NCBI GenBank assembly: GCA_963676615.1
Contig: OY781092.1
Location: 256,001-320,000, forward strand
Source: Candidatus Cloacimonadota bacterium
GTDB taxonomy: Bacteria; Cloacimonadota; Cloacimonadia; G963667145
DNA length: 64,000 nucleotides
Direction of reading: 5' to 3'
Shown: in pieces, positions 40,646 through 51,727 of the stretch
Layout of the letters: each line of letters starts with the position of its first letter
Position numbering within the stretch: position 1 is the stretch's first letter
Program-made: the position numbers and the translations under genes
The notes under the pieces: model-generated
What the model saw: the letters and a program-made list of their open reading frames with translations, nothing else
What the model was told of the DNA's origin: nothing
Database searches by the model: none

Positions 40646-41077
40646 ATGGCTGCACCAAAAACTTTTGAGACTTCTGTAAAATTGCAATTGCCAGCTGGAG
40701 CTGCTACGCCTGCTCCTCCTGTGGGTCCTGCTTTGGGACAAGCTGGAATAAATATTGCAGATTTCTGTAAACAATTTAACGATAGGACAAAAGACGATAA
40801 AGGGATGATTTTCCCCGTCGTTATCTATGTCCAAAAAAACAAATCTTTCACTTTTGATATCAAAACTCCGCCAGCTGCGGTGCTTATCAAAAAAGAAATT
40901 GGCATCGCCAAAGGTTCTGGCACTCCCAACAAAGAAAAAGTGGGAAGCATTAACAGAGCGCAACTGGAAAAAATTGCCAAAGCCAAAATGGAAGATTTGA
41001 ACGCTTTTAATTTAGATGCTGCTGTGAACATAATTGCTGGTACTGCAAGATCTATGGGTGTGACGGTCGAAGACTAA
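40646..41077 (+). CDS. rplK: 50S ribosomal protein L11
   Basis: [22 protein letters not shown]. Confidence 0.98.
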   Translation: MAAPKTFETSVKLQLPAGAATPAPPVGPALGQAGINIADFCKQFNDRTKDDKGMIFPVVIYVQKNKSFTFDIKTPPAAVLIKKEIGIAKGSGTPNKEKVGSINRAQLEKIAKAKMEDLNAFNLDAAVNIIAGTARSMGVTVED

Positions 41078-41135
41078 ACGCCTATAATTCCAGAACTTGC
41101 AGGAGATTGTGTATTCACTGGGGAGAGACAAATAG

Positions 41136-41843
41136 ATGAAAAGAAGTAAAAAATATTTAGACTCTTTGCAAAAATTTAACAAAGAAGAGAGCTACGAGTT
41201 GAATCAAGCGCTTTCTTTTTTGGAAGGTTTTAGCAAAGCTAAATATGACGAAACCGTGGAATTGCATTGCCACTTGGGGGTTGACCCGAGGAAAGCCGAT
41301 CAACAGATTCGGTCTTCTTTGGTGTTGCCTAACGGATCGGGCAAGTCTGTGAGCGTTTTGGTTATTGCCGATGGGCAAGACGCCGAAGACGCTAAGGCTG
41401 CTGGAGCTGACTTTGTGGGAGTCGAGGATATGGTGGAGAAGATTGAGAAAGAGAACTGGACAGGCTTTGATGTGGCGATTGCCACGCCTGCGATGATGAG
41501 CAAGCTGGGAAGAGTTGCCAAAATTTTGGGACCAAGAGGGCTGATGCCGAACCCAAAAGTTGGAACTGTGACCAAAGATGTTGCTACCGCCGTGAAAGAG
41601 GTGAAAGGTGGCAGAATCGAGTATCGCACCGACAAATTGGCGAATTTGCACTTCATCGTTGGCAAGCGGAGCTTTTCTAGCGACAAGTTGCAAGAGAACA
41701 TTATGGCGTGTGTGAGCGCTGTGCTCAAAGACAAACCGCAATCGCTAAAAGGCGAGTATGTCAAGTCGATGAGTATCTGCTCAACCATTAGCCCAGGCGT
41801 GAAGCTGGATGTTCGTGCAGTAATGGCGCAGGCGAGTAAGTAG
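41136..41843 (+). CDS. rplA: 50S ribosomal protein L1
   Basis: LGVDPRKADQQIR, LGPRGLMPNPKVGTVT. Confidence 0.98.
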   Translation: MKRSKKYLDSLQKFNKEESYELNQALSFLEGFSKAKYDETVELHCHLGVDPRKADQQIRSSLVLPNGSGKSVSVLVIADGQDAEDAKAAGADFVGVEDMVEKIEKENWTGFDVAIATPAMMSKLGRVAKILGPRGLMPNPKVGTVTKDVATAVKEVKGGRIEYRTDKLANLHFIVGKRSFSSDKLQENIMACVSAVLKDKPQSLKGEYVKSMSICSTISPGVKLDVRAVMAQASK

Positions 41844-41856
41844 GAGGCGATTTAAG

Positions 41857-42375
41857 ATGCAAGAGTTTAAAAAAGATGTTGTGAAAAAAATCGCCGACAG
41901 ACTTTCTGATGCAAAATCGATAGTTTTGGTAAACTACAAGGGGATTAACATTCCCGAAGTGGAAGATTTGCGAAAGAGATTGCGTAAGGCGGAAGTTGAC
42001 TATTTTGTTGCCAAAAACACATTTATCAAGCACGCACTGAAGATGGTGAATGTCGAAGGTTTGGACGATTTTTTGAATCAAGAGACGGCTGTGGCTGTGT
42101 CCAAAATCGACGAAGTTGCTCCAGCGAAAGTGATTAGAGAGTTTGTCAAAGATGTGATGGGCAAAAAAGATTTTAACTTTAAAGCTGGTGTGGTTGATGG
42201 AGTTTTCACTTCTGTAGAAGAGCTGGAAAAACTTGCCAAGTTGCCGTCGAAAGACGAACTTTTGGCGAAAATTCTTTCGAGTATGAACGCGCCGATTTCC
42301 AACTTTGTTAATGTTAATAGTCAAATCATTAAAAAATTCATTTATGCTATAAAAGCTATAGCGGAAAAAAAGTAA
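41857..42375 (+). CDS. rplJ: 50S ribosomal protein L10
   Basis: YKGI, VAKNT, LAKLPSKDELLAK. Confidence 0.96.
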   Translation: MQEFKKDVVKKIADRLSDAKSIVLVNYKGINIPEVEDLRKRLRKAEVDYFVAKNTFIKHALKMVNVEGLDDFLNQETAVAVSKIDEVAPAKVIREFVKDVMGKKDFNFKAGVVDGVFTSVEELEKLAKLPSKDELLAKILSSMNAPISNFVNVNSQIIKKFIYAIKAIAEKK

Positions 42376-42396
42376 AAAGTTTGAGTGGAGGATAAA

Positions 42397-42771
42397 ATGT
42401 CTAAAAAACAAGAAGTAATTGATATTATTAAAGAGATGAGTGTATTGGAACTGTCTGAGCTGGTAAGCGAGATGGAAGAGATTTTTGGAGTTTCTGCTGC
42501 TGCTCCTGTTGCTGTGGCTGGTGTAGCCGCTGCTGCTGGTGGCGAGGCTGCCGCTGAGCAAACAGAGTTTGATGTTGTCTTGAGCGGTGCTGGCGACAAA
42601 AAAATCCAAACAATTAAAGCTGTTCGCGCTATCACAAGCCTTGGTCTGAAAGAGGCCAAAGAGATGGTGGACAATTGCCCGAAGACTGTAGCGGAAGGTT
42701 TGTCGAAAGAAGACGCTGAAGCTGCTGTTAAGCAACTCCAAGAAGCAGGCGCTACTGCGGAAATGAAGTAA
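42397..42771 (+). CDS. rplL: 50S ribosomal protein L7/L12
   Basis: [27 protein letters not shown] 42397 after GGAGG. Confidence 0.98.
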   Translation: MSKKQEVIDIIKEMSVLELSELVSEMEEIFGVSAAAPVAVAGVAAAAGGEAAAEQTEFDVVLSGAGDKKIQTIKAVRAITSLGLKEAKEMVDNCPKTVAEGLSKEDAEAAVKQLQEAGATAEMK

Positions 42772-42818
42772 GGGACTTTTTAATCTGTTTATTAAAAAGT
42801 ATCAGTAAAAAGCTATTA

Positions 42819-42848
42819 AACGGAAGTGTTTTTTCTAACGCTTCCGTT
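42819..42848 (+). terminator. Hairpin between rplL and rpoB (attenuator/terminator-like)
   Basis: AACGGAAGTGTT...AACGCTTCCGTT stem. Confidence 0.55.
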
Positions 42849-42892
42849 ATACTTTCTATCTGCGGGGTTTAAATTTAGAAGGAGATTGGTTT

Positions 42893-45800
42893 TTGGAAAA
42901 GTTTAAAAATTACTCCCGAATCAAAAAAAGGTTTGAAACTCTTGGGTTTCCGCAAGTCGCTATACCAGATTTGCTGGAGACGCAGACCAAATCTTTTAAT
43001 GAGTTTTTGCAAAGAGACACTTATCCCAAATTGCGCAAAAATCAAGGGTTACAAGCTGTATTTAATAATATCTTTCCGGTCGAAGACAATAAGGGACTTT
43101 TCACTCTTGAGTTTTTGGAATACGAAGTTAAGCAAGAAAAATATGGGCTAGAAGAGTGTAAGCTGCGCAATCTGTCTTACGAGGCGATGATTACCGCAAG
43201 GCTCAGATTGACGATATACGACGAAGATATTTTGGCGGAAACCGGCGAGCGCAAAGTCAAAAATATTTTGGAGCAAGATATTATTTTGGGAAATATCCCG
43301 ATCATCACCAAAGACGGAACTTTTTTGGTCAACGGTGCCGAGCGGGCGATTATCTCTCAGCTGCATCGTTCGTATGGCGTATTTTTTACAGAGACCAAAC
43401 ACCCAAGCGGCAAGCCGCTGTATTCTGCCAAAGTGATTCCAGAGCGTGGAACTTGGCTGGAGTTCGCTATGGATGTGCACAATGTCGTGTATGTCTATAT
43501 CAACAAAAGGCGGAAAATGCCGATTTCGACGCTTTTGCGGGTGGTTGGCTATTCCGAAAATGAAGATATTCGCAAAGTTTTCTACGATAACGCCGTTATT
43601 CCCCTAGAAGAAGCCGCAGGCAAAAGAGCTTTCGACGATATTTACTCCCCCGAAACTGGTGAGATTTTGATTCCTGCAGGAGGAGAAGTTACTGTCGATT
43701 GGATTGACGAGCTAAAAGTTCACGGCATCACAGAAGTGTCGGTGATTATGGGCGATATTAACTCTACCATTAGCGTAATCGAGAACACTTTGGAAAAAGA
43801 CTCAACCAGCTGCACATCAGAGGCGAGTCACAAGATTTACACCTTAATGCGTCCGGGCGAAAATCCTAGCGAAGAGGACGCCGCCAGCTTTGTGAACACC
43901 TTGTTTTTCGACGACCGCCGCTACTCAATCGGCAAAGTTGGTCGTTACAACATCAACAAAAAATTAAGCCTCGATTTGCCGCAAGATCAGTTCGTTTTGG
44001 GCAAAGAGGATGTTATCGCGATTATCAAAAGGCTGATTGCGATTTTTGACGGCAAAGAGGATGTGGACAACATCGACTATCTAGAAAACCGCCGTGTTCG
44101 CTCTGTGGGCGAGCTTTTGCAAGAGCAATACAACATCGGGCTGACTCGTTTGACGCGTGTGGCTGTAGAGCGTATGGCGATTTCGTCGCCAGAAGAGGTG
44201 ACTGTTTACGATCTGATAAACTCCAACACACTCTCGTCGGTGGTGCAAGCTTTTTTCCTCACAGGTCAGTTGTCGCAATTTATGGAGCAAACCAACCCGC
44301 TGGCGGAGCTTACGCATAAAAGAAGATTTACCGCTTTGGGACCTGGAGGTTTGGAAAGAGAGCGCGCTGGAATGGAGTCGCGAGATGTGAACAACTCGCA
44401 CTACGGGCGGATTTGTCCGATAGAGACTCCCGAGGGACCAAACATCGGGCTGATCAACTCGCCTGCGATTTATTCGCGAGTGAACGAGTTCGGATTTTTG
44501 GAAACTCCGTATTACAAAGTGAAAAACGGCAAAGTCCTCAAAGAAATCGAATTTCTCAATCCGAGCGTCGAGGCGAAAGCCACGGTGGCTCAGGCAGGCA
44601 TCGAGATCGACGACAAGGGTGAGATTACCAAAGATTTCGTCTTCGCCAGAAGAGGCGACGAGTTTTTGCAAGTTGCCAAAAACGAGATAGAGTATTTGGA
44701 TGTTTCGCCGATGCAGGCGATGAGTCTTTCGACGACTCTGATACCGTTTTTGGAGCACAACGACGCCTCTCGTGCTTTGATGGGCTCGAATATGCAGCGC
44801 CAAGCTGTGCCGCTGCTCAATCCCGAGTTCCCCGTTGTGGGCACAGGAATGGAAAAAGTCGTGGCAAAAAGTTGCGCCAATGTGCGTCTTGCGCCGTTCG
44901 ACGCCAAAGTTACCGCTGTAACCGCCGACTATGTCGAGCTGGAGCGGATTGGCAAAGACGACGATGTATCGATCGACAAATTTACCAGAATCGAGTTCGC
45001 CAAATACAAACGCTCCAACCAAGACACCTGCATAAATCAGCGTCCAGTGGTCAAATTGGGACAAAAAGTGAAAAAAGGCGACTTCATCTCCGACGGTCCG
45101 TCCGTTGACGACGGAAGATTGGCGCTGGGTCGCAACCTCAAAGTCGCTTTTATGTCGTGGTATGGCTACAACTACGAGGACGCCATCATCTTGAGCGAAA
45201 AAGTCGCTTGGGAAGACGCCTTCACTTCGCTTTACATCGAGGAGAAAGAGGTTTTGGTGCGTGAGATGAAATCTGGCAAAGAGGAGCTGGTTTACGATAT
45301 CCCCGATGTTTCCAAATACGCTCTGCGAAATTTGGACAAAACGGGCGTAATTCGCTTGGGTAGTGTGATCGAAGCTGGCGATATTATCGTCGGAAAAATC
45401 ACTCCGAAAAGCTCAGACATCGATCCATCGCCAGAAGAAAACTTGATGCGTGCACTCTTTGGCGACAGAGCGGGCGATTTCACCAACACATCTCTGAAGG
45501 CAAAGCCCGGAATGGAGGGCGTTGTTGTCGATGTTCGGGTTTACTCTCGTGAAGAGGATGATTTGGATATTGAGCAAGAAAAAGAGTTCAAACTCAACAA
45601 ATACAAAAAAGATTTTGAGCAGCGCAAAGGCAAAATTCAAGATTTCCTCAAAGCCGAATTTTTGAAAAAGGTTGTCGGCAAAACCGCCAAAGAGATTAAG
45701 AGTCGCACTTCGGGGCACTATTTTATCGAGCCAGGCAAAAAGGTGACCAAATCGGATGTTAGCTCGATAGATTTCAAGACTTTAGACCTCAAATCGTCTT

Positions 45801-46663
45801 TTACCGACGACCAAGATTTCAACAAAGATTTTTACGACACCGTGATTTACAAGGTAAAAGTCGCTTATGGCGAGAACGAAAATATTTACCGAAAGTTGCG
45901 TGACAGAGTGCGTCAGGGAGACGAGCTAGAGCAAGGCGTTTTCAAGATGGTGAAGGTCTATATCGCCAAAAAGAGGAGAATCTCTGTGGGCGATAAGATG
46001 GCTGGACGCCACGGAAACAAAGGTGTGGTCTCCAGGATCGCGCCGATTGCCGATATGCCTTTTACCGCCAATGGAGAGGCTGTGGACATCGTCCTGAACC
46101 CGCTGGGTGTGCCTTCGCGGATGAACATTGGGCAAATTTTTGAGACTCACTTGGGACTTGCCGCCAAAATGCTTGGCTTCAATGTGGAGACGCCTGTTTT
46201 TGACGGAGCGACCGAAAAAGACATTTTGGACGCTTTGGGCAAAGCTGGTTTGGATTCCGACGGAAAGCAGGTGCTGTATGATGGCAAAACTGGCGAGCCG
46301 TTTGACCAACGAGTAACTGTGGGAATGATGTATATCCTCAAGCTCAATCACCTTGTCAAAGACAAAATGCACGCCAGAAGCACTGGTCCATACTCTTTGA
46401 TAACTCAGCAACCTTTGGGCGGAAAGGCTCAACACGGTGGACAAAGGCTGGGAGAGATGGAGGTCTGGGCGCTAGAGGCGTATGGTGCGGCGAATTTGCT
46501 CAAAGAGATGGTAACGATTAAATCGGACGATATGCAAGGGCGGACAGCGGCTTTCAAATCGATTGTCTCGGGAGAAAATCCGACTATTTCTGGAACGCCA
46601 GAATCTTTTATGGTTTTGGTTAACGAACTCAAATCGCTTGGATTTGATATTGAGTTTTTATAA
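42893..46663 (+). CDS. rpoB: RNA polymerase beta subunit
   Basis: ETPEGPNIGLI, RALMGSNMQRQAVP, GDKMAGRHGNKG, GEMEVWALEAYGA; TTG start. Confidence 0.99.
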   Translation: MEKFKNYSRIKKRFETLGFPQVAIPDLLETQTKSFNEFLQRDTYPKLRKNQGLQAVFNNIFPVEDNKGLFTLEFLEYEVKQEKYGLEECKLRNLSYEAMITARLRLTIYDEDILAETGERKVKNILEQDIILGNIPIITKDGTFLVNGAERAIISQLHRSYGVFFTETKHPSGKPLYSAKVIPERGTWLEFAMDVHNVVYVYINKRRKMPISTLLRVVGYSENEDIRKVFYDNAVIPLEEAAGKRAFDDIYSPETGEILIPAGGEVTVDWIDELKVHGITEVSVIMGDINSTISVIENTLEKDSTSCTSEASHKIYTLMRPGENPSEEDAASFVNTLFFDDRRYSIGKVGRYNINKKLSLDLPQDQFVLGKEDVIAIIKRLIAIFDGKEDVDNIDYLENRRVRSVGELLQEQYNIGLTRLTRVAVERMAISSPEEVTVYDLINSNTLSSVVQAFFLTGQLSQFMEQTNPLAELTHKRRFTALGPGGLERERAGMESRDVNNSHYGRICPIETPEGPNIGLINSPAIYSRVNEFGFLETPYYKVKNGKVLKEIEFLNPSVEAKATVAQAGIEIDDKGEITKDFVFARRGDEFLQVAKNEIEYLDVSPMQAMSLSTTLIPFLEHNDASRALMGSNMQRQAVPLLNPEFPVVGTGMEKVVAKSCANVRLAPFDAKVTAVTADYVELERIGKDDDVSIDKFTRIEFAKYKRSNQDTCINQRPVVKLGQKVKKGDFISDGPSVDDGRLALGRNLKVAFMSWYGYNYEDAIILSEKVAWEDAFTSLYIEEKEVLVREMKSGKEELVYDIPDVSKYALRNLDKTGVIRLGSVIEAGDIIVGKITPKSSDIDPSPEENLMRALFGDRAGDFTNTSLKAKPGMEGVVVDVRVYSREEDDLDIEQEKEFKLNKYKKDFEQRKGKIQDFLKAEFLKKVVGKTAKEIKSRTSGHYFIEPGKKVTKSDVSSIDFKTLDLKSSFTDDQDFNKDFYDTVIYKVKVAYGENENIYRKLRDRVRQGDELEQGVFKMVKVYIAKKRRISVGDKMAGRHGNKGVVSRIAPIADMPFTANGEAVDIVLNPLGVPSRMNIGQIFETHLGLAAKMLGFNVETPVFDGATEKDILDALGKAGLDSDGKQVLYDGKTGEPFDQRVTVGMMYILKLNHLVKDKMHARSTGPYSLITQQPLGGKAQHGGQRLGEMEVWALEAYGAANLLKEMVTIKSDDMQGRTAAFKSIVSGENPTISGTPESFMVLVNELKSLGFDIEFL

Positions 46664-46681
46664 TCGTAATGGAGTTTTACT

Positions 46682-49600
46682 GTGATAAGAAAAATTAAAA
46701 GAGATGAAGTAATTTCTGACTATGATGCAGTGAAGATTAGTTTGGCGTCGCCCGAAAAGATCAAAGAGTGGTCTTTCGGAGAGGTTACCAAGCCTGAGAC
46801 TCTCAACTATAGAACTCACAAACCAGAAAGGGACGGACTTTTTTGTGAGCGGATTTTTGGTCCTGTAAAAGATTATGAATGTTCCTGCGGGAAATACAAA
46901 AAGCGTCGTTTTGCGGGAACTGTCTGCGATCGATGCGGCGTGGAGGTAATCTCCTCCCGAGTTCGTCGCTCTCGAATGGGGCACATCGAGTTGGCTGTGC
47001 CGGTATCGCACATTTGGTATGTAAAATCGATGCCGAGCAAAGTCGCCACAATGTTGGACATCTCGCTCAAAGATTTGGAACGAGTTTTGTATTACGAATC
47101 TTTCATCATCCTCGATCCAGGCAACAGCGATTACGACCGTTTGGACTTGATCGACACCGATACTTACTACGACATCATCGAAAAAGTTGACGACGACTTC
47201 GATGCAAAAATTGGTGCCGAGGCGATCCGAGAGCTTTTGGAGCAAATAGATTTGGGCAACGAGGAGATGCAACTCAAGGCGCAGTTGAGCATCGAGAGCT
47301 CGTCGCTAAAAAGGACTGCGATTGTCAAAAGGCTAAAAGTTGTTAGCTCTTTTTTGAAATCGAACAACAGGCCAGAATGGATGATAATGACGATTTTGCC
47401 AGTTTTGCCGCCGACGCTAAGACCGCTTGTGCCGCTGGATGGAGGCAGATTTGCGACATCAGATTTTAACGATTTGTATCGCCGAGTTATCGCCAGAAAC
47501 AACCGCCTGAAGCAACTAATCAGCATCAGAGCGCCGCAAGTGATTTTGCGTAACGAGAAAAGAATGTTGCAGGAGGCTGTGGACGCTTTGTTCGACAACT
47601 CCCGCAAATCTATGCCTGTGCGTGGTAGTGGCAACAGACCGCTGAAGTCACTGACCGACCAGCTGAAGGGCAAGCAAGGGCGTTTTCGTCAAAACCTTTT
47701 GGGTAAACGGGTTGACTACTCTGCTCGTTCGGTGATTACCGTCGGGCCAGAGCTGCGTATCGACCAGTGCGGCTTGCCAAAAGAGATGGCGCTGGAGCTG
47801 TTTAAGCCGTTTTTGATTGAGCGGTTGGAGCATTATGGCGAAGTTGAAAAGACGAAAACCGCCAAAAAGTTGATTGAGAAAAGACAGCCAAAGATTTGGA
47901 AGATTTTGCAAGAGGTTATTCAGGGGCATCCAGTGCTGCTCAACAGAGCGCCGACACTGCACAAACTGGGTATTCAGGCGTTTTATCCCGTTCTGACAGA
48001 AGATAGGGCGATCAAGCTGCACCCGATGGTCTGCACGCCGTTTAACGCGGACTTTGATGGAGACCAAATGGCGGTGCATTTGCCGCTTACGGATCAAGCT
48101 GTGCAAGAGGCGGAGCTGCTGATGTTGTCGTCGCGGAACTTGCTTTTGCCTGCCAGTGGAAAGCTGGCGATGTTGGCGTCGCAGGATATCGTGCTGGGAA
48201 TTTACTATTTGACGATGGAAAAGACTCCGATGCCTCAAAAAGAAAGCGAAGTGAAAAAGTTAAAATATTACGGAACGACCGAAGATGTGATCGCCGTTTA
48301 TGAGAACGAGAAATTTTCTGGCAAGGCGCTGGATGAGCGCTCTTTGGGGCTTCACACTTGGATAAGGTTTAAAGCTGACGGCGAGTTTATCGTAACGACT
48401 GTCGGCAGGGTGATTTTTAACAAAATCGTGCCAGAGGGGATCGAGTTCCAAAATCATGTTTTTGATAAAGGGCGGATTAACAGCTTTTCGACCAAAATTT
48501 TTGAGACGGTCGGACAAGCGTTGACTGCCGACTATTTGGACAGCCTAAAAAACATCGGGTTTAAATATGCGACCGCATCGGGCATCACTTTTAGTTTTAG
48601 AGATGTGATCGTGCCAAAGGGCAAGAAAAAGAAGATTGAGAAGACCGAGAAAAAAATCGACAAAATTATGCAGAGCTATATGGAAGGTCGGATTACCAAC
48701 CGTGAGCGTGAGAACAGAAGTGTCGATGCGTGGAAATTGGTGACGGAGGAGATCACGGACGAGCTGATGGAGGAGGTTGCCAAAGACCAGGACGGGCTGA
48801 ACTCTATCCACATTATGCATATTTCGGGTGCTCGTGGCGGTAAAGACCAGATCAAACAGTTGGGTGCGATGCGTGGTTTGATGGACAAGCCTGTTAAGGC
48901 GGATAACGACGATTTGGGTGTGATCGAGACGCCGATTAAGGCGAACTTCAAAGAAGGGCTGGACTTGTTTCAATATTTCTTGTCAACTCACGGCTCGAGA
49001 AAAGGTCTTGCCGATACAGCTCTGAAGACGGCTGATGCGGGATATTTGACCAGACGGCTTGTGGATGTGGCGCGCAACGCGGTGATAAATATCGAGGATT
49101 GCGGCACGATTAAAGGGCTGGAAGTTTCGGCGCTGAAAGAGGGACTTGAGATTGTTGAGTCGCTCTCGGAGCGGATTCGTGGGCGTGTGGCGTCGCAAGA
49201 TATTTTGCATCCAGACACAAAAGAGGTGCTGGTGGCTGCCAATCAGGAGATTACCAACGAGCTGGCGGAAGCTGTGGAACATTGCGGTGTTACCAAAGTG
49301 ATGATTCGTTCGGTGTTGACTTGTGAGGCGAAAGAGGGAATTTGCGCTAAATGTTATGGGCGCAACCTTGGAACTTCCAGAATGGTCACTATCGGCGAAC
49401 CTGTGGGTGTTGTTGCCGCGCAAAGCATCGGAGAGCCAGGAACGCAGCTTACGCTGAGAACTTTCCACTCCGGTGGTTCGGCTTCGACAAATGTGGAGAT
49501 TTCCGAGCGGGCTGCTTCGGTGGACGGTATTGTCAAATATGTGCGGATGAACATCATCGAGGACCCTGACGGCAACATTATTTCCAACGGGCATATGGGT

Positions 49601-50833
49601 AAAATCTCCATCGTGGATAGCAAAGGAAAGGTGCTGGAAAGCCACAAAGTTGAGTATGCGGCGACAGTTTATGTGAAAGATGGCGAGAAAGTGGTCGAGA
49701 ACACCAAGTTGATTTCGTGGGACTCCTATTCGCATCCGACACTTGCCACGACTAAGGGTAGGGTTGAGTTTGACGGCTTTGTGAAAGACACGACCATTAA
49801 GGAAAATTTCAACCAACTCACTGGAAACAAAGAGATTACGATTATCACCTCGAAAGATAACAAAGTTCAAGCGCAGATTAGGATTGTGGCTACGGACGGC
49901 AGCGAAGAGCTTGTGCCGTTGCCGCCAAATTTGAGTGTTGATGTGCAAGAGGGCGACCATGTTTTCCCGGGTAGCATTTTGGGTAGAACCTCCAGAGTGG
50001 CAGAAGCGCAGGGCGATATCACGGGAGGTTTGCCACGGGTGCAAGAGCTTTTTGAGGCGAGAGTGCCAAAAAACAAGGCGATTATCTCGGAAGTGGACGG
50101 CAGGATTACTATCGGCGATTTGTCTCGCACAGGGCGGAAGATTTTTGTGGAGACCGAAAGCGGCGAGAAAGAAAAGTATGTTGTGCCGCTGGGCAAGCGG
50201 ATTATCGTGCACCAAGGCGACTATGTTGAAGCTGGAAACGCTCTCTCCGATGGACCGCTTGATCCGCACGATGTTTTGCGGGCGAAAGGTATTGGCGAGG
50301 CGGAAAGGCTGATTCTCAACGGTATCCAAAGCGTGTATCGCAAGCAAGGTGTGAAGATTGACGACAAGCATGTTGGCGTGATTATCAAGCAAATGCTGAA
50401 AAATGTGCGGATTGTCGATCCAGGTCACACTATTTTCTTGCAAGACGAGATCGTCTCGCGGACAAAAGTGATGGAGGAGAACAAGATTGTGGAGGGCGAC
50501 GACGGTGTGGGAGCGACTTTCGAGCCTGTGCTTTTGGGTATCACCAGAGCGGCGTTGTATTCTGACAGTTGGCTTTCTTCGGCTTCGTTCCAGGAGACAA
50601 CAAAAATATTGACACATTCGGCGATCGAAGGGAAAGTTGACCCACTGAATGGTCAAAAGGAAAATATTATCCTCGGACACCTTGTGCCTATTGGCACGGG
50701 CAGCAAGTTCTATCGGGATAAATTTGATAAATTAGTAGAAGAAAAAGGTGGTCTGGCAGGTGCTGTTTCGAGCATTTTGTCTCCCGAAGAGGAAACTCAA
50801 GAGAGTTTGGAAGACCTACTTGGAGAAATTTAA
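46682..50833 (+). CDS. rpoC: RNA polymerase beta' subunit
   Basis: NADFDGDQM, LLGKRVDYS, SIGEPGTQLTLRTFH. Confidence 0.99.
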   Translation: MIRKIKRDEVISDYDAVKISLASPEKIKEWSFGEVTKPETLNYRTHKPERDGLFCERIFGPVKDYECSCGKYKKRRFAGTVCDRCGVEVISSRVRRSRMGHIELAVPVSHIWYVKSMPSKVATMLDISLKDLERVLYYESFIILDPGNSDYDRLDLIDTDTYYDIIEKVDDDFDAKIGAEAIRELLEQIDLGNEEMQLKAQLSIESSSLKRTAIVKRLKVVSSFLKSNNRPEWMIMTILPVLPPTLRPLVPLDGGRFATSDFNDLYRRVIARNNRLKQLISIRAPQVILRNEKRMLQEAVDALFDNSRKSMPVRGSGNRPLKSLTDQLKGKQGRFRQNLLGKRVDYSARSVITVGPELRIDQCGLPKEMALELFKPFLIERLEHYGEVEKTKTAKKLIEKRQPKIWKILQEVIQGHPVLLNRAPTLHKLGIQAFYPVLTEDRAIKLHPMVCTPFNADFDGDQMAVHLPLTDQAVQEAELLMLSSRNLLLPASGKLAMLASQDIVLGIYYLTMEKTPMPQKESEVKKLKYYGTTEDVIAVYENEKFSGKALDERSLGLHTWIRFKADGEFIVTTVGRVIFNKIVPEGIEFQNHVFDKGRINSFSTKIFETVGQALTADYLDSLKNIGFKYATASGITFSFRDVIVPKGKKKKIEKTEKKIDKIMQSYMEGRITNRERENRSVDAWKLVTEEITDELMEEVAKDQDGLNSIHIMHISGARGGKDQIKQLGAMRGLMDKPVKADNDDLGVIETPIKANFKEGLDLFQYFLSTHGSRKGLADTALKTADAGYLTRRLVDVARNAVINIEDCGTIKGLEVSALKEGLEIVESLSERIRGRVASQDILHPDTKEVLVAANQEITNELAEAVEHCGVTKVMIRSVLTCEAKEGICAKCYGRNLGTSRMVTIGEPVGVVAAQSIGEPGTQLTLRTFHSGGSASTNVEISERAASVDGIVKYVRMNIIEDPDGNIISNGHMGKISIVDSKGKVLESHKVEYAATVYVKDGEKVVENTKLISWDSYSHPTLATTKGRVEFDGFVKDTTIKENFNQLTGNKEITIITSKDNKVQAQIRIVATDGSEELVPLPPNLSVDVQEGDHVFPGSILGRTSRVAEAQGDITGGLPRVQELFEARVPKNKAIISEVDGRITIGDLSRTGRKIFVETESGEKEKYVVPLGKRIIVHQGDYVEAGNALSDGPLDPHDVLRAKGIGEAERLILNGIQSVYRKQGVKIDDKHVGVIIKQMLKNVRIVDPGHTIFLQDEIVSRTKVMEENKIVEGDDGVGATFEPVLLGITRAALYSDSWLSSASFQETTKILTHSAIEGKVDPLNGQKENIILGHLVPIGTGSKFYRDKFDKLVEEKGGLAGAVSSILSPEEETQESLEDLLGEI

Positions 50834-50851
50834 AAGTTTTGGAGGAAGGCA

Positions 50852-51223
50852 GTGCCTACAATAAATCAACTTATTAGAAAAGGTAGAAAAAAGGTTACTA
50901 AAACCAAGAAAAACCGTGCTTTAGACCAATGCCCACAAAGAAAAGGGGTTTGCACAAGGGTTTACACAACTACACCAAAAAAACCGAACTCGGCGCTTCG
51001 TAAAGTTGCCAGAGTGCGACTTAGCAACGGAAAAGAGGTTACCGCCTACATTCCAGGAGAGGGACACAAGTTGCAAGAGCACTCTATCGTGCTGATTCGT
51101 GGCGGTCGTGTAAAAGACTTGCCAGGTGTTCGTTATCATGTTGTGCGTGGTTCACACGATGCCGAGGGAGTAGAGGGAAGAAAAACCTCTCGTTCAAAAT
51201 ACGGCGCAAAAAGAGCTAAATAG
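50852..51223 (+). CDS. rpsL: 30S ribosomal protein S12
   Basis: [23 protein letters not shown]. Confidence 0.99.
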   Translation: MPTINQLIRKGRKKVTKTKKNRALDQCPQRKGVCTRVYTTTPKKPNSALRKVARVRLSNGKEVTAYIPGEGHKLQEHSIVLIRGGRVKDLPGVRYHVVRGSHDAEGVEGRKTSRSKYGAKRAK

Positions 51224-51243
51224 TATTAAGGAGCTGAAAGTAG

Positions 51244-51714
51244 ATGTCTCGTAAAAGAAAAGCGGTGGTAAGAGATATTACCCCTGATTACAAGTTTAAC
51301 AGTGTGCGACTGAGCAAATTTATAAATTGTTTGATGCTCAAAGGCAAAAAATCTTTGGCAGAAAAAATCGTTTATGGAGCTTTTGATATTATTAAAGATA
51401 AGACCGAAAAAGATCCGATGGAAGTTTTTGAGGGCGCTCTCAAAAATGCGACTCCACAAGTGAAAGTGGTTTCCAAAAGATTGGGCGGCTCGAACTATCA
51501 GGTTCCCAGAGAAATTGAGGCAAAAGAGGGTCAAGCGATGGTTTTTCGCTGGATCATCGGATTTGCTCGCACTCGCAAAGAAGACACAATGAGCAAAAGA
51601 TTGGCGGAGGAGCTAATCGCCGCTAACAAAGGCGAGGGCGCTAGTGTCAAAAAGAAAGATGAGACCCACAAGATGGCAGAGGCCAACAGAGCTTTTGCGC
51701 ACATCAGGTGGTAA
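51244..51714 (+). CDS. rpsG: 30S ribosomal protein S7
   Basis: KGKKSLAE, GGSNYQVP, HKMAEANRAFAH. Confidence 0.99.
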   Translation: MSRKRKAVVRDITPDYKFNSVRLSKFINCLMLKGKKSLAEKIVYGAFDIIKDKTEKDPMEVFEGALKNATPQVKVVSKRLGGSNYQVPREIEAKEGQAMVFRWIIGFARTRKEDTMSKRLAEELIAANKGEGASVKKKDETHKMAEANRAFAHIRW

Positions 51715-51727
51715 CGGAGAAAGTTAG

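Noticed and set aside
48983..50680. 565-aa minus-strand ORF and similar long antisense ORFs (44081-45064, 26608-27924, 18503-19417)
   Set aside because: They mirror well-conserved genes on the other strand and have no motifs or RBS.
50852..51223. Streptomycin-resistance alleles in rpsL
   Set aside because: The PKKPNS and RVKDLP lysines are wild type.
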